Shown here piece after piece: positions 24,757 through 32,422 of a DNA stretch of 33,542 nucleotides. Every line of letters starts with the position of its first letter. The stretch's first letter is position 1. The stretch is taken from the NCBI GenBank assembly GCA_029937135.1, contig JAPYQX010000003.1, positions 1-33,542 of the forward strand, read 5' to 3'. Below the pieces are notes generated by a model, which was given only the letters and a program-made list of their open reading frames with translations, did not search any database and was not told the origin of the DNA. This stretch comes from Nitrospinota bacterium (GTDB lineage: Bacteria > UBA8248). The translations under genes and the position numbers were made by a program.

Positions 24757-24882
24757 AGAATGTTATCGGCGGCTATTTTCGCCGATATCGAGTTGCGGCG
24801 GGCAAATCTGGTGACGCGGGCGGTTCGTAAATCCAGCCCCCGGCGAACCGGAAACCACTTCACCGGGTTTCGGGATTGTATC

Positions 24883-25095
24883 TCAGGAAGAAGGTTCCGC
24901 CCTTCGAACGTTGGCTGCCTGTAGCCCTTTCGGGCCCTGCGCAACCTCGAATTCGACGGCATCACCTTCCTTGAGGGATTTAAATCCCTCCTGCTGGATG
25001 GCAGTGTAGTGGACGAAAATATCCGTTTCGTCTTCCTGCGTGATGAACCCAAAGCCCTTTGCGTCGTTGAACCACTTCACAGTTCCTTGAGGCAC
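24883..25095 (-). CDS. csp: Cold-shock protein (CspA family)
   Basis: 70 aa from GTG 25095, with GGGAG 7 nt upstream. The sequence (M)[19 protein letters not shown]...[10 protein letters not shown] contains the RNP1 (KGFGFI) and RNP2 (VFVHY-like) motifs. The track ORF extends to 25266 with no plausible upstream start. Stop is TGA. Confidence 0.9.
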   Translation of the reverse strand: MPQGTVKWFNDAKGFGFITQEDETDIFVHYTAIQQEGFKSLKEGDAVEFEVAQGPKGLQAANVRRAEPSS

Positions 25096-25237
25096 CTTAC
25101 AACTCCCATCTCGGCGGCCCCGGCCGGAGCCTATCCAGTAAACCGATACAAATTTTCGTGGAAAGGTCGAAAAACGGCCGCAAAACAACGGCCTGATTTT
25201 ACGTCCTTCCGTACATTTGTATCGCATTAATGTAAAT

Positions 25238-25266
25238 ACGCTAGATGACTTGGGAAATAGTGTCAA
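25238..25266 (-). promoter_or_regulatory. Sigma70-type promoter candidate for csp (-35 TTGACA, 17-nt spacer, -10 TAGCGT)
   Basis: The minus strand reads ttgaca-ctatttcccaagtcatc-tagcgt. This would give a 5' UTR of about 135 nt, a length typical of cold-shock genes. Confidence 0.45.
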
Positions 25267-25292
25267 GGGAAAATATTTACTATATAACTTAA

Positions 25293-25301
25293 ATTATATC
25301 A
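25293..25301 (-). promoter_or_regulatory. Second csp promoter candidate, extended -10 (TGaTATAAT)
   Basis: The minus strand reads tgatataat, a perfect TATAAT preceded by TGn. No good -35 element is present, which is acceptable for extended -10 promoters. Confidence 0.35.
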
Positions 25302-25452
25302 GCATGTTATGATTTTTATCCCCTCGTCGAGAGACGATTCGTGGGGTGCCAGCTTTTCTGGAGCCTTCGGGTTCGCTGAATTCCCCGGAGATCGCGAGAC
25401 CTCGTACTCCGATGGGGGTCCTGGCCTCCTTGCTACGCCGGGGGAGGGTGTA

Positions 25453-26469
25453 TCAGGAGATCACGCCCCTTGGCGTCTCTCCCCGAAAGAATTTCAGAAT
25501 ATTTTCAAGAACAGCCGGCACATCCACCCCCCATGCGCGGTAGGAGCCTCCCCCGGTATGAGGAAAGAGGACCACATTGGGAAGGAGGCGAAGGGGGTTT
25601 GACTCGGGCAGCGGCTCCCGCCGGTAGACATCGAGCCCGGCCATGGCAATTACGCTGTTGCGGAGCGCTTCGGCGAGCGCATCCTCGTCGATGAGCCCGC
25701 CCCGGCCGACATTGATGAGCGTTGCCGTGGGTTTCATCATGGCGAGTTCCCTGGCGCCGATCATTCCTTCGGTTTCGGGGGTGTGGGGGATGATCAGCAC
25801 AACGAAATCAACCTTGGCCAGGAGTTTTTCCAGGGGGAGATAAGTGGCGTCATAGGCCGTTTCCACCTCCTTGATGTGGGGGGTTCGCTGGTAATAAAAA
25901 ATTTCCATATTGAAAGCGCGGCAGCGGGTAGCGATATCCATTCCGATATCCCCGAGGCCGACGATTCCGACCGAGGCCCCGAACAACTCGGAGATACCCT
26001 CGATTCCGGTCCAGTTTGTTTTCATATCCCACTGGCTCGTCACGATGGGCTCCACCTCGAGGCCGAGATATGCGGCCTCGGTGACCGCTTTATGGGCCGG
26101 TATCGCCTTTCGAACGCAGCAGAGCATCAACGTCAGGGCATGTTCGGCCACCGAGGCATTCCGCATGAGGGGCATTGTCGCGACTGGCGCTCCCACCTCG
26201 CGCGCGGCAGCCAAGTCGATGTTTTTCAGGTTGAGACCGTGTTTCTGGATAAATTTTAGCGAAGGAGCGCTTTTGATCACCGCCCCCGAGAGTTCGGCTT
26301 TGTAGCAAAGAATTGCTTCCGCATTCCGGGCGGCGGCTTTCAGCGATTCCTCATTGCCCCCCTCAGGATAGATGAGATTGAAAGGCATCCCTTTGGAATA
26401 TTTTTTTACGTGTTCGGGATATTTGCCGGAAGCAACGTCAGCGATCATGAGCCGGACTGGATCGGGCAT
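25453..26469 (-). CDS. D-isomer-specific 2-hydroxyacid dehydrogenase family protein (NAD-binding)
   Basis: 338 aa from ATG 26469, with GGAGAA 7 nt upstream. The NAD-binding fingerprint is VGIVGLGDIGMDIA, and the catalytic-region blocks are INVGRGGLIDE and LFPHTGGGS. Stop is TGA. Confidence 0.85.
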   Translation of the reverse strand: MPDPVRLMIADVASGKYPEHVKKYSKGMPFNLIYPEGGNEESLKAAARNAEAILCYKAELSGAVIKSAPSLKFIQKHGLNLKNIDLAAAREVGAPVATMPLMRNASVAEHALTLMLCCVRKAIPAHKAVTEAAYLGLEVEPIVTSQWDMKTNWTGIEGISELFGASVGIVGLGDIGMDIATRCRAFNMEIFYYQRTPHIKEVETAYDATYLPLEKLLAKVDFVVLIIPHTPETEGMIGARELAMMKPTATLINVGRGGLIDEDALAEALRNSVIAMAGLDVYRREPLPESNPLRLLPNVVLFPHTGGGSYRAWGVDVPAVLENILKFFRGETPRGVIS

Positions 26470-26622
26470 GGCGAATTTCTCCATATCATATCTGTAAAAA
26501 ACGGCGAACAAATCCTTCGGATAATTGAAACCTTCGTATGGTCTGGAGCACCGCTTTTTGCATTCCCGACCGGGGAAGTCAAATCAACTCGAAATTTCCG
26601 TAAATTTGGCGCATTGCTTGAA

Positions 26623-26637
26623 ATAGGTAATTCCTAT
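26623..26637. promoter_or_regulatory. LysR-type T-N11-A dyad (ATAGG-taatt-CCTAT)
   Basis: The 5-bp arms are perfectly complementary and contain TAGGTAATTCCTA, which fits T-N11-A. The site is in the divergent region between the LysR gene (start 26697) and the 2-hydroxyacid dehydrogenase gene (start 26469). Confidence 0.35.
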
Positions 26638-26696
26638 AGAAACTTTACTTGAAGGTAAATATTTCGATAGAAACGATAGAAAGAGGCCGGGCGCCG

Positions 26697-27593
26697 ATGG
26701 ATATACGGCAGATGGAAATTTTATGCCGGGTGATTGAGACGGAAAGCTTCTCCCGTGCGGCCAAAGCCTTGGGCCTGTCCCAGCCGACAGCAAGCGAACA
26801 TATCAAAACGCTTGAGGCCGAGATGGGAACGCGGCTGCTCGATCGCCTGGGCCGAAAGGTTCAACCCACCAGGGCGGGCGAGATCCTTCATCAATACGCA
26901 AAAAAAATGATCGAAACACGCGAGAGCGCGAAGGCTGCGATTGAAGACTACCTTGGAATTATATCCGGACAACTGGAAATCGGGGCAAGCACTATTCCAG
27001 GGGGTTATCTTCTTCCCCGTCTTTTAGGAAAATTCAAGGGAATGCATCCCGATACATCTGTAACGATTAATATTCTGGATTCCCGAAAGGTTAATGAAGG
27101 GGTTTTGGAGGGGTCCATCGATATCGGTGTGACCGGAGCAAAGCTCTCCGAGGGGCAGCTGGTTTATGATTTATTCGCCCGGGACGATCTTGTTCTGGCG
27201 GTTCCTGAAAGTCACCCATTATACCGGCGTAAAAAAATCAGGGCGAAAGAGCTTTACGGGGTAAAGATGATTTTGCGAGAGGAGGGTTCGGGAACCCGGC
27301 TGATCGCCGAGGAGCGTCTTGACGAACTGGGTTTTCAACTGGAGACCGGCCAGGTGGCTGCTGTCCTGGGAAATTCTCAAGCAGTCCGGAATGCGCTTAA
27401 AGGAGGGGTGGGCGTATCCATTATCTCCCGGCTCGCCGTGGAGGAGGATTTTGAAACGGGCGCACTTCGTCCCGTGGAAATCGAGGGGTTCGCTTGTTCC
27501 AGGGAGTTTTTCTCGGTGGTCCATAAAGCAAGGACCTTGACCCCGCTTGGCCGCGCATTTTTGGAGTTTATCCACCAGGGAGCAAGTGAATGA
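26697..27593 (+). CDS. LysR family transcriptional regulator
   Basis: 298 aa from ATG 26697. The N-terminal winged-HTH region is MDIRQMEILCRVIETESFSRAAKALGLSQPTASEHIKTLEAEMGTRLLDR, followed by a LysR substrate-binding-type C-terminal domain. Stop is TGA. Confidence 0.9.
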   Translation: MDIRQMEILCRVIETESFSRAAKALGLSQPTASEHIKTLEAEMGTRLLDRLGRKVQPTRAGEILHQYAKKMIETRESAKAAIEDYLGIISGQLEIGASTIPGGYLLPRLLGKFKGMHPDTSVTINILDSRKVNEGVLEGSIDIGVTGAKLSEGQLVYDLFARDDLVLAVPESHPLYRRKKIRAKELYGVKMILREEGSGTRLIAEERLDELGFQLETGQVAAVLGNSQAVRNALKGGVGVSIISRLAVEEDFETGALRPVEIEGFACSREFFSVVHKARTLTPLGRAFLEFIHQGASE

Positions 27594-27945
27594 CGCTTTT
27601 TGTCAGGGAGGCGGTGAATGAACCTTTCGCCGGAATTTTTTCCCTGTTTTCAGGTGATTGTTTCCCGTTTGGAGGTGGATGGAGACGCAAGCTGGGCGAA
27701 AGATTCGTTCCTGCCTCAAAACCATCAACTCAAATCGAGTATTATCAATGACTTATGTTTTTTCCTCCTTTTTTCTACATTCCCCTCCCGCGGCATGAGT
27801 TTTGCTCTATTAAAAACCGGCGCATTGTTTATATCCGCCCCCGCTTTTCGGAGGGCGAAGAGGAGTTATGCCCATGAGGCTCACTGTTCATCGAAAAATT
27901 TCCGAAAAATTCAGGGTTTTCCTTGCCGGTTCGCGGGTTTCGGGA

Positions 27946-28215
27946 ATGGAGCCTGAGATAGTTCCGGGAAAGATATTTGAGAAGACGCCCGGAAAGGCGG
28001 AGGAGCTGATCCGCTGGTCGGTTGCGCTGATTTTTCCGTTTCTCCTGGTTTCTTGCGCGGCCATAGAGAATGCAACGAAAGTAAAATTAAAGCGGGCCAA
28101 TTCCGAAAATCAAAGCACTGGCAATCCGAAAATGCAGGTGGTTCTCAATGCCGTTGCGAGGCATTTGCTGTCGGTCCCCCGCGATGACTTCGTCTGGCTT
28201 TGGAACAAGCCGTGA
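27946..28215 (+). CDS. Possible small lipoprotein (hypothetical)
   Basis: 89 aa from ATG 27946. It has a hydrophobic segment ending in a lipobox (LIFPFLLVSC). From this ATG onward the codons become G/C-ending, like the surrounding genes. The n-region is unusually long and the Shine-Dalgarno sequence is weak. The track ORF starts at 27868. Confidence 0.35.
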   Translation: MEPEIVPGKIFEKTPGKAEELIRWSVALIFPFLLVSCAAIENATKVKLKRANSENQSTGNPKMQVVLNAVARHLLSVPRDDFVWLWNKP

Positions 28216-28233
28216 GGGATGCGGGAGCGTGCG

Positions 28234-28422
28234 ATGCGGATTAAAAAAGTTCCTTCGGGCACCGTTGGAAGGGTGCTTGAATTTGAGCCCGAGCCGTCCC
28301 GGCAGGCCGCCTGGGCCGCCGATAGCCTCGAAAATCATCTGCGGTCACCTATCCGGTGGGTCAAGGTCGTGACTTTTCATGGGTTGGGTTGGGTCCGCAC
28401 CGAATTCATCGACCACCGATAG
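28234..28422 (+). CDS. Possible 62-aa hypothetical protein
   Basis: ATG 28234 is preceded by GGGAG at 6 nt, and the codons are G/C-ending. It ends in TAG, and the same frame stays open for 25 more codons to TGA at 28498-28500. I recognise no family. Confidence 0.25.
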   Translation: MRIKKVPSGTVGRVLEFEPEPSRQAAWAADSLENHLRSPIRWVKVVTFHGLGWVRTEFIDHR

Positions 28423-28611
28423 GCGGTATATTCGCCCCTCCCCAAGAGTCTGGTCCGCCCCCGCGAAGCGTTCCGTCTGATTATCAGCAGCCTGAATTGA
28501 CAGATGCCACCATAGATTTCTACGATATACATAGGGGAGCCGGTAGCGGTGTCCTCTTTATTTTTTTGTCCGAATTGATTGCCAGAATTGCCTGGCGAGA
28601 TTGGAGACCTC

Positions 28612-29094
28612 ATGCGGACAGCTAATTACCGCCGGCGATTTTTCACCGGGTTTTTGACCATTTCTTTTTTATGGGGTGCCTTCCCGGCCTCGAACTTGAG
28701 AGCCGAGTCCCCCGATGAAATTCAGAAAAAACGAACAGCCCTCATGAAAAAAATCAATAAGAGCATGCGCTTGATCAGGGTGTATGCCGGCAAAGGTCAA
28801 ATGAAGGATTTGGCCGGGGCGGCCTCGGAAGTATCGAAACTCATCGACAGGATTCCCGAATCAAGCCCCAAGGGAAGCGCCTTTGGGCCGAAATCCCGAA
28901 TTAAACCCGAGGTCTGGGAGGATTTTGACCGCTACAAAAAGTTAACCGAAAAAGCATCGGCCGCCGCCCGCTCCCTGGCGAAAGTGGGCAGGGCCGGTGA
29001 TGGCGCTGTTCTGTTTTCTTCCTTTTCTTCTCTTGCGAAAGCTTGCGGGGCTTGCCACAAACCCTTCAGGAAGAAAAAGAAAAAAAGTGAATAA
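28612..29094 (+). CDS. Class II c-type cytochrome (cytochrome c' / c-556 type)
   Basis: 160 aa from ATG 28612, with GGAGA upstream. It has a signal sequence and a single heme site, CGACH, near the C-terminus followed by KPFRKK. Helix-bundle-like spacing includes KPEVWEDFDRYKK. Stop is TAA. Confidence 0.8.
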   Translation: MRTANYRRRFFTGFLTISFLWGAFPASNLRAESPDEIQKKRTALMKKINKSMRLIRVYAGKGQMKDLAGAASEVSKLIDRIPESSPKGSAFGPKSRIKPEVWEDFDRYKKLTEKASAAARSLAKVGRAGDGAVLFSSFSSLAKACGACHKPFRKKKKKSE

Positions 29095-29599
29095 ATCAAT
29101 CAAAAAACCGCGGACCGCACATATTGGCGGCATGTTGCTGGTTGTCGTTCTTGCCTTATCCGGGTGCACGGAGTCATTGCTGGTTGGGCCCCAGATACCG
29201 GGTCGCCAGGGCGTAATGAACATGCTCAACCAATTTGAAATCGGGACAAAGTGGCGGGATTGGGAGGCGATGCTCGACGCCTTTTATCTTCCGGACCACG
29301 TCAATGAAGTGAAAAAAAAGTTCGGGAGCGATCTTGGGAAATGGTTCCGGTCGGATCGGGCCACGGCGGCTTTAACGAACGGAGAAATCGGTGAGGTCCG
29401 GCGGCTGTGCGTGCTTGCGCTCCGGGAAAAACGCATCTCCCCCCGGTACGATCCCCATTACGTCGTTTACTATCGGGTCCAGGCGGAGCCTTGCCGGAGT
29501 CAGATTGATTCGCCCTCGCCCGGAATCGCCGAGGGGCGAATGGAGTGGGGCTTCGAGACGAAGCAACTCCGCTGGGTCCACCTTCGGTCGCTGGGGTGA
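29087..29599 (+). CDS. Hypothetical lipoprotein
   Basis: 170 aa from GTG 29087. The start overlaps the cytochrome c' stop by 8 nt (GTGAATAA). The signal has a basic n-region (NKSIKKPRTAH), a hydrophobic core and a lipobox (LALSGC). An alternative ATG lies at the MLLVV codon. I recognise no family. Stop is TGA. Confidence 0.6.
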   Translation: MNKSIKKPRTAHIGGMLLVVVLALSGCTESLLVGPQIPGRQGVMNMLNQFEIGTKWRDWEAMLDAFYLPDHVNEVKKKFGSDLGKWFRSDRATAALTNGEIGEVRRLCVLALREKRISPRYDPHYVVYYRVQAEPCRSQIDSPSPGIAEGRMEWGFETKQLRWVHLRSLG

Positions 29600-29733
29600 T
29601 TTTTAAATCCTGATTTTTCGTTTGGATTTGTGGTTTTTCCATCATCCAGGTTGATTGTGGTTTAGCCAAATATTCGATCTCGTCATGCCCCCCCCGCTTA
29701 CTCGATTGGGCGCGAAGGTTTTGTTTTTAGCCT

Positions 29734-29790
29734 GTCATTCCGAGCCCTTCTGGTGTGCTCAGGACAGGCTCCGCGATGAATCTACTGGCC
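29734..29790. repeat. Dispersed ~58-nt intergenic repeat, copy B
   Basis: See copy A at 12304-12361. Here the unit is embedded in an imperfect hairpin (cctgtc...gacagg, with an inner gagc...gctc pair). It lies in the convergent gap between the lipoprotein gene and gatB. Confidence 0.7.
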
Positions 29791-29841
29791 CAAGTGTGGG
29801 GCCGTCTGGCTCGTTTGCGCGGCCCCCCAGCCCCTTCCTCC

Positions 29842-31290
29842 TCACCCACCCAGTTTCTCCCGGAGGATTTCCTGAACAGCCTGGGGATTGGCCTTACCCT
29901 GAGTGGCTTTCATGACCTGGCCCACGAAAAAGCCCATCAATTTTGTTTTTCCGCCCCTGTAGCCCTCGACCTCGCCGGGACTGGCGGCGATCACCTCATC
30001 CACCGCCGCCTCGATGGCCCCGGTGTCCGTAATCTGACGCAGGCCTTTTTCCTCGACGATGGTCTCGGGGTCCTTCCCGGTCTCGGCCATGAGGTCGAAC
30101 ACCTGTTTGGCGATCTTGCCGCTGATGACATCGCTCTCAATCAGCCCGACCATCCGGGCGAGTTGCCCGGGCGATACGGGGGATTGGCCGATTTCGAGCT
30201 TTCGCTCGTTTAAAATTCTCAAAATGTCGCCCATGACCCAGTTGCTCACCTGCTTGGCCGAGCTGGTCCCCGCCTCCTTCACGGCGCTTTCAAAAAAATC
30301 GGCGAGCGCGCGCTCGGCCGAGAGGACTTCGGCATCGTATAACGGGAGTCCGTATTCACTTTGAAAGCGGTTGCGTTTCTCGTCCGGGAGCTCGGGGAGC
30401 GCCGCTCGCACTTTTTCGATCCACTCTTTTCCGACCTCGAGGGAAACGAGGTCGGGGTCCGGAAAGTAGCGGTAATCGTGCGCGTATTCCTTGGTCCGCA
30501 TCGGGCGCGTCGTGCCGGTCGAGTCGTCGAAAAGGCGGGTCTCCTGAACGATGGCTTCCTGCTCCTCAAAGGCTATCCGCTGGCGCTCCTCCTCGTATTC
30601 AAGCGCCCGTCTGAGGTTGCGGAACGAGTTCATGTTCTTGATCTCGACCTTTTCGCCAAAGGTCTCTGAGCCTCGGGGGCGAATCGAAATATTGGCGTCG
30701 CAGCGGAGGCTCCCCTCCTGCATGTTGCCGTCGCAGATATCGAGATACCGGACGAGGGTGTGAATTTTCTTGAGGTAGGTTTCCGCCTCCTCGGGGCTCC
30801 GAAGGTCGGGCTCGCCGACAATCTCGAGGAGCGGGACGCCCGCGCGGTTCAGATCGACGTACGAGTGGGCCGCGTCGTCCATCTCCTCTCCGTGGATGAG
30901 CTTGCCGGCGTCCTCTTCCATATGTATCCGCGTGATTCGGACCGTGCGCATTTCCCCGTTCTTGGGATAAATTCTAACCTCCCCGCCCTCGCACAAGGGT
31001 TCTTCGTACTGGCTGATCTGGTAGCCCTTGGGCAGGTCCGGGTAAAAGTAGTGTTTCCGGGCGAACCGGCACATGGGCGAAATCCTGGCGCCGATGGCAA
31101 GCCCCAGCCGGATGGCGAACTCAACCACCTCCCGGTTCAAAACGGGGAGAACGCCGGGAAGCCCGAGATCCACGGTGCAGGTATGCTTGTTCGGGTCCCC
31201 ACCGAAGGCGGCGCTTGAGCCGCAGAAAATCTTGGTTATTGTTTTCAGCTGGGCATGAACCTCGAGGCCGATGATTGTTTCAAATTCCAT
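29842..31290 (-). CDS. gatB: Asp-tRNA(Asn)/Glu-tRNA(Gln) amidotransferase subunit B
   Basis: 482 aa. The N-terminus [21 protein letters not shown] and the block [12 protein letters not shown] are highly characteristic of GatB. The C-terminal YqeY-like tail carries GKANPQAV. Stop is TGA. Confidence 0.95.
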   Translation of the reverse strand: MEFETIIGLEVHAQLKTITKIFCGSSAAFGGDPNKHTCTVDLGLPGVLPVLNREVVEFAIRLGLAIGARISPMCRFARKHYFYPDLPKGYQISQYEEPLCEGGEVRIYPKNGEMRTVRITRIHMEEDAGKLIHGEEMDDAAHSYVDLNRAGVPLLEIVGEPDLRSPEEAETYLKKIHTLVRYLDICDGNMQEGSLRCDANISIRPRGSETFGEKVEIKNMNSFRNLRRALEYEEERQRIAFEEQEAIVQETRLFDDSTGTTRPMRTKEYAHDYRYFPDPDLVSLEVGKEWIEKVRAALPELPDEKRNRFQSEYGLPLYDAEVLSAERALADFFESAVKEAGTSSAKQVSNWVMGDILRILNERKLEIGQSPVSPGQLARMVGLIESDVISGKIAKQVFDLMAETGKDPETIVEEKGLRQITDTGAIEAAVDEVIAASPGEVEGYRGGKTKLMGFFVGQVMKATQGKANPQAVQEILREKLGG

Positions 31291-31373
31291 CGAATTTTAA
31301 ATCCCCTTGATGAAAAATATGCAAAACATTGTCGTTCGATTTAATCGCTCGGCCTGACGCCGCCACCCTTTGG

Positions 31374-32407
31374 TTACCCGGCCAAATGCCGCTTGATTCG
31401 CTCGATAAGAATTTGCGTGAACGATTCCGTCCCGTGGGAGCCTCCCGGGTCGCCGATCGTCTCTCCCTCGTGGATGCACTCGAAGATAGCGTTCCGAAGC
31501 GCCTCCGCGGAGCGGTCGTTGCCGATATGTTTTAAAAGCATGGAGAAGGCCAAAAGGATGGCGGTTGGGTTGGCCTTGTCCTGTCCGGCGATATCGGGGG
31601 CGGTGCCGTGACTTGCATCGAACATGGCGACCAGCACCTCGCCTTTTTCGTCGAAGGATAGAGACATCGAGGCGCCCAGGCCGAGACTCCCGACGAGGCC
31701 GCTCGCCAGGTCGGACAGAAAATCCCCGTATTCGTTGAGGACGAGGACGCCTGAAACTGCTCGGGGTCCATCGCCAACTTCGCCAGGAGGGCGTCGAAAA
31801 GCTCGCGGCGGTGTTCGATGATATCTCTGTATCGAGGTTCATCGGCCACTTCGTCAACGATGTCCTCGAAGAGGCCGTCGGTCACCCGCTGGATGGTGTA
31901 CTTGCTCGATGATGTGAGGGTTTTGCGCTCCCGCATCGCGATGGAAAAAGCATAGTGGGCGGCTTGCTCGCAGGTCTTCCGGTCAACCACGCGAAGACTC
32001 GCCGCGGCGTAGTCGCCAATCATCTGCCCCGGGTCGTCATAAGTTCCGCCCGTCGCGATGCGAACGATATCCAGATCGATTTTCCCGGTGAAATTCGTCT
32101 TGATTCCCGGAATCGTGGTGACGGGCCTGTGAATCACGGAGAATTTCAGGAGTTTCCGCAAAACCGCGTTTGGGCTCTCCTCGACGGTGGCGGTGGGGTA
32201 TTTTATTCCGATGCCGGTTCGTTTCATGGACTCCACCGCCTGGTTGTAGAGCTGCCGGGCGCCTTTTTTACGGTTTTCATGGGAGAGATCCACCGTATCG
32301 AACCGGTAGCTTTCCGGAAGCGCCTCGGCGACGGAATGCAGACTTTTTTTCAATTCCTCCGCGATTCCATCGCCTAAAAGCTCGGTGATTTCCCGGACAT
32401 CGTTCAA
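31374..32407 (-). pseudogene. Isocitrate/isopropylmalate dehydrogenase family gene with a 1-nt frameshift near 31749-31751
   Basis: The N-terminal part is the frame of ORF 31532-32407 (ITELLGDGIAEEL..., LAMDPEQFQ). The C-terminal part lies in another frame: by hand translation VLVLNEYGDFLSDLASGLVGSLGLGASMSL, continuing into ORF 31374-31667 (FDASHGTAPDIAG, ANPTAILLAFSMLLKHIG). The span is 1034 nt, one short of a multiple of 3. The family spacing QF-x6-N..GD..SD is restored if one nucleotide is added. Confidence 0.75.
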
Positions 32408-32422
32408 GACTTTCCCCTTTTT

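Noticed and set aside
31297-31857. A 186-aa ORF lies in a third frame across the IDH-like gene. The tail of ORF 31532-32407 beyond residue about 220 (ASSSSTNTGIFCPTWRAASS...) also needed an explanation.
   Set aside because: Both are out-of-frame read-throughs created by the frameshift. The family-conserved sequence (VLVLNEYGDFLSDLASGLVGSLGLGAS..., FDASHGTAPDIAG) lies in the frame of ORF 31374-31667.
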